Part shown: piece after piece, positions 1 through 9,220 of the stretch | Layout: every line of letters begins with the position of its first letter | Position numbering within the stretch: the first letter of the stretch is position 1 | Origin: Deltaproteobacteria bacterium | Lineage (GTDB): Bacteria; Myxococcota_A; Polyangia; Polyangiales; Houyiibacteriaceae | Reading direction: 5' to 3' | Length of the DNA stretch: 64,000 nt | Assembly: GCA_034670305.1 (NCBI GenBank) | Contig: JAXMNT010000028.1 | Coordinates: 36,106-100,105 of the forward strand | Translations under genes and position numbers: made by a program | Notes under the pieces: generated by a model | Told to the model about the DNA's origin: nothing | What the model saw: the letters and a program-made list of their open reading frames with translations, nothing else | Databases searched by the model: none

Positions 1-428
1 TGCTCTTGATGCGCGTCCGCGGTCGCCACGCCGGCACGCAGATCGCCGCCGAGAAGGGGCTGCACCGTTTTCTGGGTGTGCCTCCGAAGGCGGCCGGCGC
101 GCACCACATGGTCAAACTTCTCTCGATGCGCTTCGACCTCAAAGCCGACGACTGGTTGCGTGGCCCGATGCAACCGGACGCCCCCGGCGTAAGCAGCGCG
201 CTCCTGAAAGGCGGCTGCACCCGCTACACCGACGAACGTCCGGACCAGAAGCTGCCCGACGCCTACGTCGAGGTCCCGCTGGACCAATACTGGTCTCCCT
301 TCAACGCGGACGAACTCTGTCTGCGCGAACTCATCACGCTCGACATCTCTCCGAACCGGGACCGGAGCGGCCTCTGCGACGCGCCGCTCGACCGGGGGCC
401 GAAGTCGGAGTCGGAGGCGAACGCATGA
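1..428 (+). CDS. 3' end of a gene (5'-truncated by window) with a release-factor-like C-terminal domain; probably a further Clp-like AAA+/RF fusion
   Basis: LLMRVRGRHAGTQIAAEKGLHRF resembles the class-I RF motif (I-x-G-x-x-A-Y-G-x-L-x-x-E-x-G-V-H-R); its stop overlaps the next ATG (ATGA 425-428). Confidence 0.55.
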   Translation, partial: LLMRVRGRHAGTQIAAEKGLHRFLGVPPKAAGAHHMVKLLSMRFDLKADDWLRGPMQPDAPGVSSALLKGGCTRYTDERPDQKLPDAYVEVPLDQYWSPFNADELCLRELITLDISPNRDRSGLCDAPLDRGPKSESEANA

Positions 429-3400
429 ACGTCGTGCTCCACCTCTTCGAACGGAAGGCCAACGGGGTGTTGAGTTGGTCCACGGTCGGCCTCGGTCCGC
501 TGAACCAGCAGCTCACCATGCGCAGCCAAGCGAAGATGCGCGCGAAGATGACCGAGGCCGTGAAGACAGCGGTGGGCGGCGCGTCCCACCACGCGCTTCG
601 ATTGCTCGCCGGGCCCTCGCCGAAGCTGCAGCGGGTGCGGCTCGAACTCGTGCTCAAGGGCGAGCGCGGCAAACGCAAGAAGCCCGGCGTCTTTCCGATC
701 GTGTTCGACACGCGCCGGATCGGTGCCACCGAACGGGTGACCCTCGCGTACCACCCCATCCGTCAACAAGACGTCCAGGTCCTGGACCCCACCGAGTCGA
801 CCGAATCGCAGCTCAGCCGGTTCTTCTCCAAGCAGTGGGCCGAACTCGACGACGAAGCGATCACCGCGCTCGCGGGACGCAAAGGCGACCTCATTCGGGC
901 GCTTTCGATCACCGTGCGGCCGAAGTCGTTGCTCGACACGCTCGAATCCCGCCGAGGACTGTGGGCCGATCTCGAAGTCGATCCTGACCGTCGGCGCGAC
1001 GGTTCCAAGAAGTCGAAGAAGACCAAGTCCAAAGCGGCCGGCAACCCCTCCCTCCTTCAGCGCCTGGGCGCGGACCAGACCGCGCGGGCCGCCGACGAGT
1101 CCCTCGAGATCGGGCGGCCACGCGAACCACTGCGCGGACAGTTGGGTCAGCTTCTTGGCGGGCCCCGCCGGCAGAGCACGGTGATTCTCGGCGCCCCGGG
1201 CGTCGGCAAACGAACCGCGCTCCGGCACCTGGTCGCCGATCTGCTAGAACACGACGGCTACCCAAGCCACCGCAACCTCGACCGCGTCACCCACGTCTGG
1301 ACGGTGCAAGCGAGCCACCTCATCGCGGGCATGAGCTACCTCGGCGAATGGGAGAAGCGCGTCGTCGAACTCGTCGACGAAGTGCGCGGCCGACCCATCC
1401 TCGTGTGGATCGAGGATCTGCATACGCTTGGCCGCGTGGGGCGCAGCCGCGACAGCGAGCGGTGCATGGCCGACGTCTTGCGCGGCCCTGTCCAGCGCGG
1501 CGAGGTCGTGCTCGTCGGCAGCTGTACCCCGTCCCAGTGGCACCGGCTCGAAGAGGACGCGCCTGGGCTCGCCGCCGCCTTCACGACGTTGAGGCTGGAC
1601 CCGGCCACCGAACGCGAGACGCTGCAGATGATCTTGCACGAGGTTCGGGTGCTCGAATCCGAAGAGCGCTGCGTGCTCCCTCCCGCGGTCTTGCGCGGCG
1701 TCCTCGAGGAAGGCGCCATCCTCGCCGACCAGTCGCTGCCTGGACGAGCGCTCGACCTCTTGCGCTCACTCGGACGCGGACGGGTCGGCCCTGTGCACTT
1801 CGACGAGCTGGTCGGGGTGCTCGCGCAACGCACCGGTTTGCCGAGCACCATCCTCGACTGGGACGACGGCGAGTCCCGCGAGGAGGTGCTGCACGAGCTC
1901 GGCGAATCCGTGATGGGTCAACCGGACGCGCTCGAAGCTGCGGCCGATCTCATTCTCCGGATCCAGACCGGCCTGACCGATCCCAAGCGCCCCTTCGGCG
2001 CGTTCCTCTTCACCGGTCCGACGGGCACCGGCAAGACGCAGCTGGCCAAGACCATCGCGAGCGCACTCTTCGGGGTCAGCCGACTCGTGCGCTTCGACAT
2101 GGGCGAGTTCTCGGGCGCCGATGCGGTGCCGCGCCTGATGGGCGACCGCTGGAACCCGCGGGGACGGCTGACCGAAGCGATTCGCCAGCAGCCGTTCAGC
2201 GTGCTCTTGCTCGACGAGATCGAGAAAGCCCATCCGTCCGTGCTCTACCTGCTCTTGCAGCTGCTCGACGACGGTCGGCTGACGGACGCCACCGGCGAGC
2301 GCGTCGACTTCACCCGCAGCGTGGTGATCCTCACCAGCAACCTCGGCGCACGCACACGTCCCTCGCTCGGATTCAAGGACGCCAACGACGCCGCCGGCCA
2401 GGCGCGCGAGGCCACCCGGACCGCGCAGGACGTCGACAAAGCGGTGAAGGAGTTCTTTCCGCCGGAACTCTTCAACCGGATCGAGAAGGTCGTCTCCTTC
2501 AACCCGCTCAGCGAGACCACCGCGCGCGCCATCGCCGATCGAGAGCTCGCGATGTTGCTCGCACGCCGTGGCCTGCAGGAACGGAACGTCTTCGTCATTC
2601 CGCACGAGTCCGCCATCACCCACATGGCGCGCGCGGCGTTCGACTCGCGCGCCGGCGCGCGCAGCGTGAAGCGCTACCTGGAGACCCACGTCGCCTCGCT
2701 CTTGGCTGAACACCTCGCCTCGCGGGCCCGCCCGGAGATGGAGCTCATTCGCCTCTACCACGAGGGCGACGCCTACCGAATTGCCGCGAGCGCGTTGACC
2801 GAAGACGAACCGCTCGCCGGCGACTCTCCCCTGCGCCCGCTCCTCGACGCCAGCACCGCCCAACTCGCGGCGCATTTGCCCGATGCGCTGTCCCGCATCG
2901 ACGCGCTTCGTTCCGACGGTTCGTTGGCGGCGCTCTCGGACCGGCTTCAAACCCACCTCGGCAAAGCCACCTCCAGCGCTGGCGACGCAGACGCCGTCTA
3001 CTTCATCGACGTGCTGCGCAAGGAGCTCGACGAGTTCCGCGAACACCTCGAGACCTGGGCGGAGGCAGACGCAATCATTGAAGAGCGCGAGCAGTTGATC
3101 GCGGTCGAGCAGTACGACCGCAGCCCCGCGAGTGAGGGGGACCCGCCGGCGCGGGTGCGCCTGCTTCACCGCCGGTGGATGCGCCCTCCCCTGCCGCGCC
3201 ACGACCGCCGCGAGATGCTGGCCGCATTCGCCGATCTGGCGTTCCTCGAACGCGCCGTACGCTCTGGCGCTCCGCTCGGCGGGGACGCGCTCGCGAGCCA
3301 CCGGGTGCACGTCGAACTGCTTCGCGTCGGACGGGCGTACGGCGGGAACGCCTCCCTTCTCCCGACCTTGGCCACCTTCTACGCATCGTTGCGCGGCGAG

Positions 3401-3892
3401 TTCGTCTCGGCCGCGTCCTGGGGACCGAACTCCGAACTCTGCACGGGCAGCCTGTCCAAGGTCACCCAGCACCACGCAACCACCTACGTGCTGGAGCTCG
3501 CCGGCATCGACTTGCTCACGGCGTTGTCGGGTGAGACTGGGTGTCACCTGCGGGTCTCGCCCGATGGAGAGTCCGAGGTGGTCCGGGTTCAGCTGCGGCC
3601 CGCCGCGGAAGGTGGACCGGGAGCGGCGATCGAGAAGCTCCTCTCCGACCGCGAACGGTACGCCTCCGCACTCGAGCGAGGTGTGCACCCCGACGTGGAG
3701 GATCCGGACCGACTGCTCCCCGTCGTGCGGCGCATCACGGGCGACCGCCCCACCCGCCAGCCAGCGCTCGTCCAGGTCGAAGACTACCGGGTGCAGCACG
3801 CCGAGCAGGGCCGGGTCCTCAAGATCGAAGAGCTGCTCTTGCCCATGACCTGGCTCCATACGACGTGGTCCGCAGATGGGGTGCCGTCGTGA
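425..3892 (+). CDS. ClpA/ClpC-like double AAA+ ATPase with C-terminal GGQ-less release-factor-like domain
   Basis: D1 GAPGVGKR / VWIEDLH; D2 GPTGTGKT, LLLDEIEKAHP, DDGRLTD, ILTSN, FPPELFNRI, GARSVKR; SLGF loop; C-terminal LAGIDLLTALSGETGCHLRVS. Confidence 0.85.
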   Translation: MNVVLHLFERKANGVLSWSTVGLGPLNQQLTMRSQAKMRAKMTEAVKTAVGGASHHALRLLAGPSPKLQRVRLELVLKGERGKRKKPGVFPIVFDTRRIGATERVTLAYHPIRQQDVQVLDPTESTESQLSRFFSKQWAELDDEAITALAGRKGDLIRALSITVRPKSLLDTLESRRGLWADLEVDPDRRRDGSKKSKKTKSKAAGNPSLLQRLGADQTARAADESLEIGRPREPLRGQLGQLLGGPRRQSTVILGAPGVGKRTALRHLVADLLEHDGYPSHRNLDRVTHVWTVQASHLIAGMSYLGEWEKRVVELVDEVRGRPILVWIEDLHTLGRVGRSRDSERCMADVLRGPVQRGEVVLVGSCTPSQWHRLEEDAPGLAAAFTTLRLDPATERETLQMILHEVRVLESEERCVLPPAVLRGVLEEGAILADQSLPGRALDLLRSLGRGRVGPVHFDELVGVLAQRTGLPSTILDWDDGESREEVLHELGESVMGQPDALEAAADLILRIQTGLTDPKRPFGAFLFTGPTGTGKTQLAKTIASALFGVSRLVRFDMGEFSGADAVPRLMGDRWNPRGRLTEAIRQQPFSVLLLDEIEKAHPSVLYLLLQLLDDGRLTDATGERVDFTRSVVILTSNLGARTRPSLGFKDANDAAGQAREATRTAQDVDKAVKEFFPPELFNRIEKVVSFNPLSETTARAIADRELAMLLARRGLQERNVFVIPHESAITHMARAAFDSRAGARSVKRYLETHVASLLAEHLASRARPEMELIRLYHEGDAYRIAASALTEDEPLAGDSPLRPLLDASTAQLAAHLPDALSRIDALRSDGSLAALSDRLQTHLGKATSSAGDADAVYFIDVLRKELDEFREHLETWAEADAIIEEREQLIAVEQYDRSPASEGDPPARVRLLHRRWMRPPLPRHDRREMLAAFADLAFLERAVRSGAPLGGDALASHRVHVELLRVGRAYGGNASLLPTLATFYASLRGEFVSAASWGPNSELCTGSLSKVTQHHATTYVLELAGIDLLTALSGETGCHLRVSPDGESEVVRVQLRPAAEGGPGAAIEKLLSDRERYASALERGVHPDVEDPDRLLPVVRRITGDRPTRQPALVQVEDYRVQHAEQGRVLKIEELLLPMTWLHTTWSADGVPS

Positions 3893-6138
3893 CCGAGCCG
3901 AACAGCAAGAGCTCGCTGCGGGTCTACTTCATCGAACACGCGGATGGTCGCCGGACCGGGCATTTGATGCGGCGGCTGCGGACCTTCTTCGATCCCCCGG
4001 CGCCGACCGCGTACGGAGAGACCGAAGAAGAGGTGTACGGACGCATCGAAGCCGAGCTTCAGGAGCGCATCGTCCGGGGCGATGTGATCGAGCGGTACCT
4101 CTGGAACGAACACTTCGAGACCCGGACCGTGTCGCTGGAGGTCTACCCGGTCGCGATGATCGAGCAGCAACCGGTGGTCGGCGCACGGGAACTCCCACTC
4201 CGTCTGACGTACGCGTACGCCAAGACCGAGAGCGGCGCGTACCGAGTGATGCTGCCGCGCTTCGAGTGGTGGCTGGTGCTCGAGAGCCTCGACACCGCCA
4301 AACACGCGATCAGCCATGCGGTGGCCGCCGCGATGCTCGGCGCCGAACCGGCGTGGCTCTACGACTTCCGGCGCGAAGGCAACGAGTACGTCCGGGAGTG
4401 GGCGCCGCCCATGGTCCGCGACCGCAGCAAGAAGCCGGCGGCCCGCGCGCGCGAGGAACGACCCACGCTCGCGGCCGTCGCTGACGACTGGGTCGAACGC
4501 GCGTCGAAGGGCAAGCTGCCGAAGCCCGTCGGTGAGGCGCGCCTCAAGCCGCACTGGAACGCCTTCAAACGCACCCCCTACTCGGCGCTCCTCGTGGGCG
4601 GCCCCGGCGTGGGCAAGACCTGCGAGGTGCAACACCTCGCTCGGATCCTTCTTCAGGCCCGCCGCGCGAACGAGAAGGACGTGCCCGGCCTCTTCGCCAC
4701 CCGGGCCGACCGCCTCATCTCGGGCATGATCTACGTCGGCATGTGGCAGGAGCGGATGCTGAAACTCGTGGAGGAGCTTCGCCACGAGAACGAGGTCCTC
4801 TACGTCGACCGGCTCGATGGGTTGCTCCGCCCGCAGCCCGACGGCGCGTCGCTCGCGGACATGCTCGCGCCGGCACTCGCCGCGCGCGAGATCTTCTTGA
4901 TGGCGGAGTGCACCCCGGCCGAGCTGGTCGAAGCGCGCCGCTTGAACGCGTCGTTCGTCGACTTGCTCACGACCATCCACCTGCGCGAACCGCACGCGGC
5001 TTGGATGCTCCCACACCTCACCGAGTACGCGCGCCGCGGCAAGAAGTCCTTCGAACGCCGCTCGATGAAGCGCTCGCTGGAGCTTCTGGGCGCCTACCGC
5101 CGCGACCGGCGCTTCCCTGGCAAAGCGTTCCGGTTCATCGACGCGATCGAGCGGGACGACCAGACCCCGCGCGCCCTCTACCCGAACGACGTGGAGCAGG
5201 CGTTCTCTCGCCAGACCGGGTTGCCGATCGAACTCATCAGCGACAGCCACGCAGCGAGCGTCGAACACGTGGGCGCAGCCCTTCAGAAGTGGGTGATCGG
5301 GCAGGACGGCGCGTGCCTGCGCGCCGCCCGCGCCATCGCGCCCTTCAAAGCCGGACTCAACCCGCCCGATCGCCCGCTGGCCAGCTTGCTCTTCGCAGGT
5401 CCGACCGGCGTCGGCAAAACCGAGCTCGCCAAGACGATGACGCGCTACCTCTTCGGCGGCACCCACCGGCTGGTGCGCATCGACATGAGCGAGCTCAATG
5501 CCCGCGGCGCCTCGCACCGGCTCCTGGCGGCGGGCCGCGGTGTGCGAAGCCTGGCCGAGTCGGTCCGCCGGGAGCCCCTGTCGGTCGTGCTCTTCGACGA
5601 GGTCGAGAAGGCCGCCAGCGACGCGTTCGACGTCTTGCTCGGCATCCTCGGAGAGGGCCGCCTGACCGACGCGCTCGGGCGGTTCGTCGACTTCCGCATG
5701 ACGCTCATCGTGATGACGTCCAACCTCGGCGTGCGGGCCTCGGGACCGGTCGGGTTCGGTGGAGCCGCCACCGGTGAGGACTTCTTGCGCGCGGTACGGG
5801 ATCACTTCCGGCCAGAGTTCGTGGGCCGCATCGATCAGCTCGTGCCCTTCTCGCACCTCGAGCCCGAAGACGTCCGCAAGATCGTCGACCTGCAGCTGGC
5901 GCTCGTGGAAAAGCGCGAGGGCTTCGCTCGGAGAGGCATTCGCATCGAAGTCTCGGGCGACGCCCGCACCCGCCTGGCCGAGCTCGGCTACGACCGCCGC
6001 TTCGGCGCCCGCCCCCTCAAGCGCGTCATCGAAGCCCACGTCGTGACCCCGATCGCCGTCCGGCTCAGCGCCGATCCGAAACTCGCCAACACCACCCTGC
6101 ACATCGGCACGACCAGCGCGGCGGACGTCGTCGTCTGA
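3889..6138 (+). CDS. ClpA/ClpC-like double AAA+ ATPase (no RF-like tail)
   Basis: GTG start overlaps upstream stop (GTGA); GGPGVGKT; GPTGVGKT, VVLFDEVEKA, EGRLTD, FRPEFVGRID, GARPLKR; VGF loop. Confidence 0.85.
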   Translation: MTEPNSKSSLRVYFIEHADGRRTGHLMRRLRTFFDPPAPTAYGETEEEVYGRIEAELQERIVRGDVIERYLWNEHFETRTVSLEVYPVAMIEQQPVVGARELPLRLTYAYAKTESGAYRVMLPRFEWWLVLESLDTAKHAISHAVAAAMLGAEPAWLYDFRREGNEYVREWAPPMVRDRSKKPAARAREERPTLAAVADDWVERASKGKLPKPVGEARLKPHWNAFKRTPYSALLVGGPGVGKTCEVQHLARILLQARRANEKDVPGLFATRADRLISGMIYVGMWQERMLKLVEELRHENEVLYVDRLDGLLRPQPDGASLADMLAPALAAREIFLMAECTPAELVEARRLNASFVDLLTTIHLREPHAAWMLPHLTEYARRGKKSFERRSMKRSLELLGAYRRDRRFPGKAFRFIDAIERDDQTPRALYPNDVEQAFSRQTGLPIELISDSHAASVEHVGAALQKWVIGQDGACLRAARAIAPFKAGLNPPDRPLASLLFAGPTGVGKTELAKTMTRYLFGGTHRLVRIDMSELNARGASHRLLAAGRGVRSLAESVRREPLSVVLFDEVEKAASDAFDVLLGILGEGRLTDALGRFVDFRMTLIVMTSNLGVRASGPVGFGGAATGEDFLRAVRDHFRPEFVGRIDQLVPFSHLEPEDVRKIVDLQLALVEKREGFARRGIRIEVSGDARTRLAELGYDRRFGARPLKRVIEAHVVTPIAVRLSADPKLANTTLHIGTTSAADVVV

Positions 6139-6228
6139 CGCTCGCATGCACCCAGCGAGGGCCTCGTGTCGTGACCCGGGGTGAGGGTCGGATGTCGCCG
6201 CGCGATCCGATGTGGTAGACGCCCGCGC

Positions 6229-7335
6229 ATGGAACTCGTGCGCCCGGCCCTCTCCCGCGATCCCCTCAGTGGCGACACCGACTGGTTCGCCGTCGAGTAC
6301 GACCCCGAGACCCGCGAGGTCGTCATGCTCGAGCAGCGCGCCCTCCCGAGCGAGGTGAACTACCACCGCTACCGGACGGTCGACGAGATCGCCGATTCCA
6401 TCCGGGACATGGTGGTGCGCGGCGCCCCGGCGATCGGGATCGCGGCGGCCTACGGGCTCGTGCTGCTCGCTGGAAAAGAGAAGGGAGACGCACCGACCTT
6501 CCTCATGGCGAACGGGGTCGCGGGCAAACACCTCAACGCGACGCGTCCGACCGCCGTGAACCTGGCCTGGGCCATCGCCCGCATGTCCCGCAAAGCCGCG
6601 GACGTGGCCGCGCTCGATCCCGACGCGCGCTACGCGGCGATGCTGGAAGAGGCCGAGAACATCCACCGCGAAGACGTCGCCTCGTGCCGCGCGATGGGGG
6701 CCCTGGGCGCCGCCGATGTCCCTGAGGGCGCGACCATCCTCACCCACTGCAACGCGGGGGCGCTGGCGACCGGTGGCTACGGCACCGCGCTCGGCGTCAT
6801 TCGCGCCGCCCACGAGGCGGGCAAGAAGATCCGCGTGCTGGCCGACGAGACCAGGCCCTACCTGCAAGGTGCGCGGCTCACCGCGTGGGAACTCTTCGCG
6901 GACGACATCCCCGTTGAAGTCATCACCGACAACATGGCCGGGCACTTCTTCCAGAAAGGCGAGATCGACTTCGTCGTGGTCGGCTCCGACCGCATCGCCG
7001 CCAACGGAGACGTCGCCAACAAGATCGGCACCTACAGCGTGGCCGTGCTCGCCCGCGCCCACGAGGTCCCCTTCACCGTCGCCGCGCCCTGGAGCACGAT
7101 CGATCTCTCGATGCCCACCGGCGAAGGCATCCCCATCGAACAGCGCAGCCGCGAAGAGGTCGCGGTGGTGGGTCAGCGCACCCTCGTCGCCGATGGCATC
7201 CCCTGCCGACACCCTGCGTTCGATGTGACCCCGGCCCGGCTGGTCGACGCGATCTACACGGAACGCGGCGTCATCCGCCCAGCCAAGGGCGAGTCGCCCG
7301 CCTCCGTGATCGCAGAGAAGAAGGCGCAGGGATGA
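6229..7335 (+). CDS. mtnA: S-methyl-5-thioribose-1-phosphate isomerase
   Basis: [74 protein letters not shown]. Confidence 0.95.
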   Translation: MELVRPALSRDPLSGDTDWFAVEYDPETREVVMLEQRALPSEVNYHRYRTVDEIADSIRDMVVRGAPAIGIAAAYGLVLLAGKEKGDAPTFLMANGVAGKHLNATRPTAVNLAWAIARMSRKAADVAALDPDARYAAMLEEAENIHREDVASCRAMGALGAADVPEGATILTHCNAGALATGGYGTALGVIRAAHEAGKKIRVLADETRPYLQGARLTAWELFADDIPVEVITDNMAGHFFQKGEIDFVVVGSDRIAANGDVANKIGTYSVAVLARAHEVPFTVAAPWSTIDLSMPTGEGIPIEQRSREEVAVVGQRTLVADGIPCRHPAFDVTPARLVDAIYTERGVIRPAKGESPASVIAEKKAQG

Positions 7336-7856
7336 AGCTGACCGAAGCGGAGGTCCGCCACATCGCGCAGCTCGCCCGCATCCAACTCGACGACGAAGAG
7401 ATCGCCCGCACCGCATCCGAACTCACCGCCATCCTCACCCACGTCGCCGAGCTCGACCGCTTCCAAGAAGGCGCAGCTTCGCAGTCGGATTCGGCAACGG
7501 ATTCGGCATCGGCTCCAGCATCGGCTTCAGATTCGGCATCGGATTCGGCATCGGCTTCGGCTTCGGCATCGACTTCGGATTCGGATTCGGATTCGGCATC
7601 GGCTGCGGCGTCGGCGTCGGCTTCGGCATCGGAATCGGCTTCGGATTCGGCTTCGGATTCGGCTTCGGCTTCGGATTCGGCGTCGGATTCGGCATCGGAT
7701 TCGGCTTCGGCGTCGGCTTCGGCTTCGGCTTCGGATTCGGCATCGGCATCGGCATCGGCTCCGGCTCCCCCAGCAGACCCCGCCGCCCTCACCGCCGCCG
7801 CGCCCGCGTTCGTCTCCGACGGCTTCCTCTTCCCACGCGCGGTGAAATCGAAATGA
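7332..7856 (+). CDS. gatC: Asp/Glu-tRNA amidotransferase subunit C with a large internal Ser/Ala/Asp repeat
   Basis: [11 protein letters not shown]...ILTHVAEL N-terminus and AP...[10 protein letters not shown]-terminus; lies directly before gatA with 4-bp overlaps. Confidence 0.85.
   Translation: MKLTEAEVRHIAQLARIQLDDEEIARTASELTAILTHVAELDRFQEGAASQSDSATDSASAPASASDSASDSASASASASTSDSDSDSASAAASASASASESASDSASDSASASDSASDSASDSASASASASASDSASASASAPAPPADPAALTAAAPAFVSDGFLFPRAVKSK
7484..7765. repeat. Degenerate hexamer repeat (TCGGAT/TCGGCA/TCGGCT/TCGGCG)n inside gatC
   Basis: Directly visible tandem hexamers. Confidence 0.95.
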
Positions 7857-9220
7857 CCGACGCCATGACGGCGGCCGAGATCGTCGAAGAAGCCCAGACC
7901 GGCGACCCGTTGCGTTTCGCGATCGCCGCCCACGCGCGTCTGTCGAACACAGACACCCACCACACCACGCTCCAGATTCTCGAGCCCGAGCAGCCGCCCG
8001 CACCCGGCCCGCTGACCGGCGTCGCGATCGCGCTCAAGGACAACATCTGCCAACGCGGCACCCGCACGACCTGCGCGTCGCGCTTGCTCGAACACTGGGA
8101 AGCCCCCTACGACGCGACCGTCGCCAAGCGGCTGCGAGACGCCGGCGCGTTGCTGGTCGCCAAGACCAACATGGACGAGTTCGGCATGGGCTCTTCCACC
8201 GAGAACAGCGCGTTCGGTCCCACGACCCACCCGCTCGACGCCACTCGAGTGCCCGGCGGATCGAGCGGGGGCTCCGCCGCAATCGTCGCCGCCGCGCTCG
8301 TCCCGATCGCGCTCGGCAGCGACACTGGCGGGTCGGTGCGCCAGCCCGCGGCGTTCTGTGGCGTGTTCGGCCTCAAACCCACCTACGGGGCGGTGTCGCG
8401 CTTCGGGCTCGTCGCCTTCGGTTCCAGCCTCGACCAGATTGGGCCGCTCGCCACGACCTCGCGCGATTGCGCGCGCACCTTCGACGTGATCGCCGGACAC
8501 GACCCGGCCGACGCAACATCCGCCAAGCACGCCCACGCTTCCACCGAACAAGCGTGCGGGCGCTCGGTCGTCGGTGAGCGGATCGGTGTGCCGCGCGCGC
8601 TCCTCGAAGGCGCGAGCGACGAAGTCCTTCGCGCGTTCGACGAGGGCCTGTCCGAGCTCCGGGAGGCCGGCGCCGAGGTGGTCGACATCGAGCTGCCGAA
8701 CGCCGCGCTCTCGGTCAGCGCCTACTACGTTCTCGCCACCGCGGAGGCGTCGAGCAACCTCGCGCGCTTCGACGGCGGCCGGTACGGCCTGCGGGTCGAC
8801 GCGCCCGATCTGCAGTCGATGTACGAACGCACACGCGCGTGTTTCGGAGCCGAGGTGAAGCGGCGCATCTTGCTCGGCACCTTCGCGCTCTCGGCCGGCT
8901 ACCACGACCGGTTCTACGCCAAAGCGCAGGCGGTGCGACACGCGATCGCGGCCGACTTCGCGACGGCTTTCGCAGCGGGCTGCACCGCCGTCGCCACGCC
9001 CACGACACCCACGGTCGCGTTCGAACTGGGCAGCTACGAGGGCGACCCACTCGCGATGTACCTCTCGGACCTCTACACCCTGCCCGCGAGCCTTGCCGGA
9101 CTACCCGCCTTGAGCGCGCCCTTGCGCCGACCCCGCGGCGCGCTCCCCGCCGGGTTGCAGCTCGTTGCGCCGGCGTTTCAGGAAGCGACGCTCTTCGCAC
9201 TCGGGTCGGTGTTCGGATGA
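7853..9220 (+). CDS. gatA: Asp/Glu-tRNA amidotransferase subunit A
   Basis: KDN, KTNMDEFGMGSSTENS, PGGSSGGSAA, GSDTGGSVRQPA, FGAEVKRRILLGT. Confidence 0.95.
   Translation: MTDAMTAAEIVEEAQTGDPLRFAIAAHARLSNTDTHHTTLQILEPEQPPAPGPLTGVAIALKDNICQRGTRTTCASRLLEHWEAPYDATVAKRLRDAGALLVAKTNMDEFGMGSSTENSAFGPTTHPLDATRVPGGSSGGSAAIVAAALVPIALGSDTGGSVRQPAAFCGVFGLKPTYGAVSRFGLVAFGSSLDQIGPLATTSRDCARTFDVIAGHDPADATSAKHAHASTEQACGRSVVGERIGVPRALLEGASDEVLRAFDEGLSELREAGAEVVDIELPNAALSVSAYYVLATAEASSNLARFDGGRYGLRVDAPDLQSMYERTRACFGAEVKRRILLGTFALSAGYHDRFYAKAQAVRHAIAADFATAFAAGCTAVATPTTPTVAFELGSYEGDPLAMYLSDLYTLPASLAGLPALSAPLRRPRGALPAGLQLVAPAFQEATLFALGSVFG

Noticed and set aside
3784-7416. Long antisense or alternate-frame ORFs (also 14836-18273, 36144-40052, 41356-44160 and others)
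   Set aside because: Shadow ORFs expected at high GC; they overlap genes with clear motifs and have none of their own
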